From an uncultured Methanosarcinales archaeon (GTDB lineage Archaea > Nanobdellota > Nanobdellia > Woesearchaeales > GW2011-AR9), in assembly GCA_964344235.1 (NCBI GenBank), contig CAYFMJ010000015.1, positions 1 through 19,710 of the forward strand: a stretch of DNA of 19,710 bases, given 5' to 3'. Under the pieces are notes generated by a model. The model searched no databases. It was not told the origin of the DNA and saw only the letters and a list, made by a program, of their open reading frames with translations. A program made the position numbers and the translations under genes. Positions 15,314-19,710 of the stretch are shown here, in pieces (within the stretch, counting starts at the first letter, position 1; each line of letters opens with the position of its first letter).

Positions 15314-15434
15314 CCTAACACCACTTTTGAATTAAAACTTCTTTTTTCGGTTTATATAACTTTATTGTAATTATTTAGTAAGAACGTGTTTATTTTGGGT
15401 GTTTTTTATAAAGGAAGAAATATTTATTGCGCAT

Positions 15435-15890
15435 ATGGAAAAAGTGCGAGACGAGTTGCGGAGAATCAAGATGCAATTTAGGCAGGATGGTTTTTGGGGT
15501 TCAATAAAGAAGTTGTTACTTTCCCATACCACCCCACATAAGATCGCAATGGGGGCCGCAATTGGATTATTTTTTTCAATCATTCCAACGCCCGTCGTGG
15601 GAATGTTTATTGCGATCTTTTTTGCGTTGCTGTTTCGATTTAATGTTGTTGCAACGTATATCGGCACAGTGATTGTTAACCCATTCACTGCCACGTTTTT
15701 TTACGGATTGAATTATTTCGTTGGCAATAGTCTGATTGGCAGTGAGTTGCGAACAGTGGTGATTGGAGAGACGTATTTTGGTGGCGTGATTGTTGGCTTG
15801 GCAATGGGGATTATCTTGTATGTGTTTGTGTATGGAGCTGTGATTTTGTATTACAAGCACCATACGAATATTTTTAAAGGGAGAAAGTAA
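15435..15890 (+). CDS. DUF2062-type membrane protein
   Basis: TPHKIAMGAAIGLFFSIIPTP...RFNVVATYIGTVIVNPFT. Start moved to ATG 15435 because TTTATAAA at 15405-15412 lies 22 nt upstream. Confidence 0.82.
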   Translation: MEKVRDELRRIKMQFRQDGFWGSIKKLLLSHTTPHKIAMGAAIGLFFSIIPTPVVGMFIAIFFALLFRFNVVATYIGTVIVNPFTATFFYGLNYFVGNSLIGSELRTVVIGETYFGGVIVGLAMGIILYVFVYGAVILYYKHHTNIFKGRK

Positions 15891-15903
15891 ATCGTATTCT
15901 CAT

Positions 15904-16043
15904 GGGCCTGTAGCTCAGCCTGGTTAGACGTGCTTATGTGCGGATCAAAGCGCTGGTCTTATATGACCGCTGATGTGTCAATGAGCTTAACATCAGTATG
16001 CTTAGAAAGCCAGAGGTCGGGGGTTCAAATCTCCCCAGGCCCA
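15904..16043 (+). tRNA. tRNA-Ile(TAT) with two introns (22/23 and 37/38)
   Basis: Spliced 75-mer GGGCCTGTAGCTCAGCCTGGTTAGAGCGCTGGTCTTATAAGCCAGAGGTCGGGGGTTCAAATCTCCCCAGGCCCA. Introns at 15928-15948 (21 nt) and 15964-16007 (44 nt). Anticodon TAT at 15960-15962; TTTTTAAA 25 nt upstream. Confidence 0.92.
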
Positions 16044-16050
16044 TCCTTTC

Positions 16051-16821
16051 TTATTTTACGTCAAATTCTATCATTAACGGAAGATGGTCAGAGAATGCAA
16101 AATGAAGTACAGAATATTTTGTGACGTTGATTTGAGGAGAGGTGAGGATGTAATCTAATCTCTTACTCGGATGCCACGCGGGTTCTGTTAAAGGAAGAGA
16201 TTTTTTGTCTAATAAAATTTTATCTTTCAGATGCGTTTGTTTCATTAAATCTTTGAGTTCCTGTGTACCATTAAATGTGTTGAAATCTCCCATGAGAATG
16301 ACGGGGTTTTTTATGTTGTTTACTATTGTAATTAATTCTTTGATTTGTTTCGCCCGGGTTTTTGTTCCTAAAGCAAGGTGTGCTAATAGAAGAGTGACTT
16401 TCTTTTTTTTGATTGTGATGGTGGCTTCAATGACAACTCGTTTTGTTCCTTCATGGAATAGGTGGTACCTTACTTTGTTTAGTTTGAATTTTGAAATAAT
16501 GGCATTCGCTTGTTTGTTAAGAATAGGAACGTGGTGAAATAATTTGAGCCAACCAGTAAAAGGATATTTTACTTTTTCCACAAAACTGTTCATCCCTAAT
16601 TGTTTTTCAAAGAACATTACTTCGTCTTTCTTCGAGCGAAATGAACCGGTGTCAACTTCGACTAACGCAAGAATGTCAGGGTTCAGTTTTTTGAGGGCTT
16701 TGACGATTTTTGCGTCAAGATTTTTTGGTGGAAAAAAGATTTTCCAGAATTGTAGGTATTGGTACCATAACCCTTCCATACCCTCACAGTATTCAATATT
16801 ATAGGTGATCAGTTTGACCAT
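16051..16821 (-). CDS. Endonuclease/exonuclease/phosphatase (EEP) family hydrolase
   Basis: TYNIE, LVEVD, AHL, MGDFN, LDYIL and SDHLP motifs. Confidence 0.92.
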   Translation of the reverse strand: MVKLITYNIEYCEGMEGLWYQYLQFWKIFFPPKNLDAKIVKALKKLNPDILALVEVDTGSFRSKKDEVMFFEKQLGMNSFVEKVKYPFTGWLKLFHHVPILNKQANAIISKFKLNKVRYHLFHEGTKRVVIEATITIKKKKVTLLLAHLALGTKTRAKQIKELITIVNNIKNPVILMGDFNTFNGTQELKDLMKQTHLKDKILLDKKSLPLTEPAWHPSKRLDYILTSPQINVTKYSVLHFAFSDHLPLMIEFDVK

Positions 16822-16972
16822 TTGTTTAAGAGATAATGAAATTTTAAAAACATTGTCAATTACTTAGAAGTGAAGGAGGACATGGGTTAGAGGTAACAGG
16901 TTGTTACCCCCTAGGGACAAAAAGTTTATAAATGAGCCCTTTTTATAATAAGATAGTATTAAAAACATAACA

Positions 16973-17714
16973 ATGGCAGATCAAACATATAGGATAACAA
17001 GATCAAAGGGGGGCAGTCACGTTGTCGTCACAACGGCATCTCCTCAACTCGCGTTAGACCAATTTAGGAGAGATGTTCGTGATTCGGGGGATTATTTACT
17101 TTTCAGAGCAGATAGTAGAGGGATTCCATTAGAACTCCTAGAAATGGGGTTAGATGGAAAACCCTATGAGAGGGAACTTACAAGTAGAGACCTACAATTT
17201 TTAAGTTATCTTGGTCCTGAACGTGTGGAGGGTTTAATGAATGATTGGAATAAGAAGATTGCCCTTGAAGATATTTTTGAAACAAAACGTGGGATATATC
17301 AGCTAGATAAAAAAAACCGGTTTATTTACTAGAAAAAGGGGGGTCTCGGTTCCACTAAGATTTTTAGGGAGTGTTGATCCAAGTACCCAAATTAGAACCT
17401 ATGGTGACGGTCGTATGGCTGCAATTGATGATATTGTTCCACGTATTAGAGTAGAGACGTTGATGATGAACTTTTGGGCGGGACACACTACCGGCTTCAC
17501 CCCAGATTTTGTTCAGGGCTATAGGCCATTTGGAATAAATTGTCAACCAGAAGATATCATGCTTATTGGGGAAGGCCAACTATCTTTCTCCTATGCTTAT
17601 AGGAAAATGGTTGAGAGAAGCGACCAGGGCGTAAAATTAGAATTAGGGTCAAAAATAAATAGAGTTTATAGACAATTAAGTGAGTCTGAAAGAGGTTATA
17701 CCGTTCTAAGTTAG
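16973..17714 (+). pseudogene. Hypothetical gene probably split by a +1 frameshift at A8 (17309-17316); seen as ORFs 16973-17332 and 17415-17714
   Basis: The second ORF's frame is open from 17307, 108 nt before its first ATG. Removing one A gives the continuous ...YQLDKKTGLFTRKRGVSVPLRFLGSVDPSTQIRTYGDGRMAAIDD... A TATA-like motif lies 23 nt upstream of 16973. Confidence 0.6.
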
Positions 17715-17773
17715 AATCTTTTAAAAAAAACGATTTCCCACGTTATTTTTTAAGTTAGTTCATCAAAAAGTAA

Positions 17774-19030
17774 TCATTTCAATATCCCATAGCCGATTAA
17801 CCTGAATCTATCGCCAACTCTACGAGAGATGGTGATTCTATCACCAGGATGAGCACAAACTGGTTTTTTCAAAATGCAGGTGGTATTCTTCTTAGAAGGA
17901 TCTGTGACAACTCCTACCGTAGCAGCAGAGTTTACATTCAACATTAAAATTTCTTTCTTCGCTAATGGTTTGACTTCCGTTTCTTCCTTCGTCCCGACAA
18001 CTCTTTCAAGAAGATGGGTGTTTAATGAAATTTCTGTATGAATTGGTGGGAGTTTTCCAGGGATTCCAACTAATGAACCAGTTAATGTATCTGACTTTAC
18101 AATAGTTGGATCAAGAGTTGTACCAAAAGCCATACTCCCCCCTGGATGGATTGTTTCTATCGGTGCACCGCCAGAGAAAATTTGTGTGACTTTCGTTTTG
18201 AGAGGTTTCCACACTTTTTTGTTTTTTTCCTCAACGACATACCCGGGACAGATTTCAATTTCGTCTCCTACCGAAAACGTTCCTTGTTTCACCGTTCCTC
18301 CAAGAACACCGCCAACGATGTCTTTCGGCTTTAAACCCGGCCTGTTAATATCGAAACTTCGCGCAACTAACATCATTGAGTCTTTGCTAGCATCTCGTTC
18401 CGGTGTAGGGATTGTTTCTTGAATTGCTTTGAGAAGCATGTCAATGTTTACATTAGCTCTTGCAGAGATCGGAATGATAGGAGCGTTTTCATAATCTGTT
18501 CCTTTCAAGAATTCTTTAATTTGAGTATAATTCTTAAGCGCTTCTTCATGTGTAACTAAATCGATTTTATTTTGTACGATAATAACATTTTTGATGCCAG
18601 AAATTTGTAATGCCATTAGGTGTTCTTTGGTTTGTGGTTGCGGACATTTTTCATTCGCTGCTACCATCAACAACGCACCATCCACAATTGCAGCGCCAGA
18701 AAGCATCGTTGCCATTAATGATTCGTGACCTGGGGCGTCTACCAATGAAATTTTTCGTAATAATTTTGTTTCTTTATTTGATTTGATAGATTTTTCTTTG
18801 GTCGTGTAGAAGTCGTTTTCTTCATCATAGTAAATTGAGAGGTCTGCATACCCTAAACGGATGGTAATTCCTCGTTTTAATTCTTCAGAATGTGTGTCAG
18901 TCCATTTGCCGGAAAGTCTCTCTGTTAGCGTGGTTTTTCCATGGTCAACGTGGCCGACAAGTGCGATATTTAGCTCTGGCTGAACTGTTGCAGAAGCGGT
19001 TTTTGCAGTTGATTTCTTTTTCGCAGGCAT
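17774..19030 (-). CDS. eif2g: Translation initiation factor 2 subunit gamma (aIF2-gamma)
   Basis: GHVDHGKTT, EELKRGITIRLGY, DAPGHE, NKID, SA, DINRPG...GGV.GG, RFRLIGYG. TATA box TTTTATAAA 22 nt upstream. Confidence 0.97.
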   Translation of the reverse strand: MPAKKKSTAKTASATVQPELNIALVGHVDHGKTTLTERLSGKWTDTHSEELKRGITIRLGYADLSIYYDEENDFYTTKEKSIKSNKETKLLRKISLVDAPGHESLMATMLSGAAIVDGALLMVAANEKCPQPQTKEHLMALQISGIKNVIIVQNKIDLVTHEEALKNYTQIKEFLKGTDYENAPIIPISARANVNIDMLLKAIQETIPTPERDASKDSMMLVARSFDINRPGLKPKDIVGGVLGGTVKQGTFSVGDEIEICPGYVVEEKNKKVWKPLKTKVTQIFSGGAPIETIHPGGSMAFGTTLDPTIVKSDTLTGSLVGIPGKLPPIHTEISLNTHLLERVVGTKEETEVKPLAKKEILMLNVNSAATVGVVTDPSKKNTTCILKKPVCAHPGDRITISRRVGDRFRLIGYGILK

Positions 19031-19071
19031 ATCCTGTTGAGAAAGAGAGTTCTTTATAAAAGTTTAGGGTC

Positions 19072-19373
19072 TTATTCTTTGTCAAATGAGATGCTTGATT
19101 TAATGCCGTCTTTAAAGCGATCTTTGGTTTTTTCTAACCAAGATTCAACAATAAGAATAACCTCAGCAGCGGGAATTCCTTTATTCTCTGATTGTAATTT
19201 AATTTTAGTTTTTCCAAGATCCCGGTATTTTTGAATCATTAAACCAAACATCAAAGGGTTGGGAGGGTCACTGGGTTCTTTGTGTATAGACATAGCGTTC
19301 TCTCTTTTGTTTCAGGTATAGAAATATCTGGGAATAACTCTTGTAATTGAATCCAAAACTCTTTACTTTCCAT
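19072..19373 (-). CDS. Hypothetical gene, possibly frameshifted (40-aa ORF 19373-19251 overlapping the 73-aa ORF 19293-19072)
   Basis: TTTTTATA 22 nt upstream of ATG 19373 supports that start (MESKEFWIQLQELFPDISIPETK). The frames join with a -1/+2 shift near the A4/(AG)n tract at 19299-19308. Confidence 0.45.
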
Positions 19374-19416
19374 AGAAATGTAGAAGTATGAGAACTATAA
19401 AAACTTTTATGCGGTA

Positions 19417-19605
19417 TTAGTTACCCTTCTTCTTGAGACGGGTCATATAGCCAGCAATGATATTACGAAGTTTTTTACTCTGTACTTTGGTATATCTATC
19501 AGCAACTTTCTTATTCTCTGTAAAATCAGCAGTAAAATTGTCGCCGTGCTGTTTCAGTAATTCACGGGTTTTCCGCTTGATGAATTTTGTTTTGATACGT
19601 CCCAT
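19417..19605 (-). CDS. rps17e: 30S ribosomal protein S17e
   Basis: MGRIKTKFIKR...FTADFTENKK...SKKLRNIIAGYMTR signature; TTTTATAAA 23 nt upstream. Confidence 0.96.
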   Translation of the reverse strand: MGRIKTKFIKRKTRELLKQHGDNFTADFTENKKVADRYTKVQSKKLRNIIAGYMTRLKKKGN

Positions 19606-19710
19606 AATCAGTGTTGGGAGGGGGTTTGTTTATAAAAGTTATGGTGATTTTTGTGAAATCTAATATCCCGAAACTGCTACACAACACGAAACTACTACAC
19701 ATTTCTTAGC

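Noticed and set aside
15930-16124. 64-aa plus-strand ORF
   Set aside because: Overlaps tRNA-Ile and the antisense end of the EEP gene.
16892-16908. Inverted repeat GGTAAC-N5-GTTACC as an operator
   Set aside because: A single 6-bp pair with no second copy or linked regulator; too weak to call.
1-19710. CRISPR array, rRNA genes, IS transposases
   Set aside because: No regularly spaced repeats, rRNA signatures or transposase motifs seen.

Overview
An AT-rich archaeal window, most consistent with a DPANN (Woesearchaeota-like) genome: it carries aIF2-gamma, rpS17e, intron-containing archaeal tRNAs and TATA boxes about 21-25 nt upstream of many starts. The left ~7.4 kb looks like an accessory region next to the 3' end of a two-intron tRNA-Glu(TTC), with a tyrosine recombinase at each end. 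Inside it, a tandem Lrp/AsnC regulator lies divergent from a three-gene nucleotide-handling operon: a viperin-like radical SAM enzyme fused to a CYTH domain, an adenylate/UMP-CMP-type kinase and a Nudix hydrolase. A HAD-like gene and a small ORF/RHH/integrase module follow. The right part holds a RimK-associated protease plus RimK (with an AbrB-like tail), a DUF5652-type membrane protein and a 97-nt intergenic hairpin. Next come two convergent, abutting paralogous APC-permease/methyltransferase-fold fusions, one of which starts with a pore-less voltage-sensor domain with a very long Arg-rich S4. The window ends with NnrD bearing a histone-H1-like tail, a DUF2062-type protein, a two-intron tRNA-Ile(TAT), an EEP-family hydrolase, aIF2-gamma and rpS17e. 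Three ORFan genes appear split by frameshifts at short repeats. The two strongest leads are the voltage-sensor/APC/MTase transporter pair and the radical SAM-CYTH/kinase/Nudix operon. All family assignments come from motif recognition by eye; no database searches were run.
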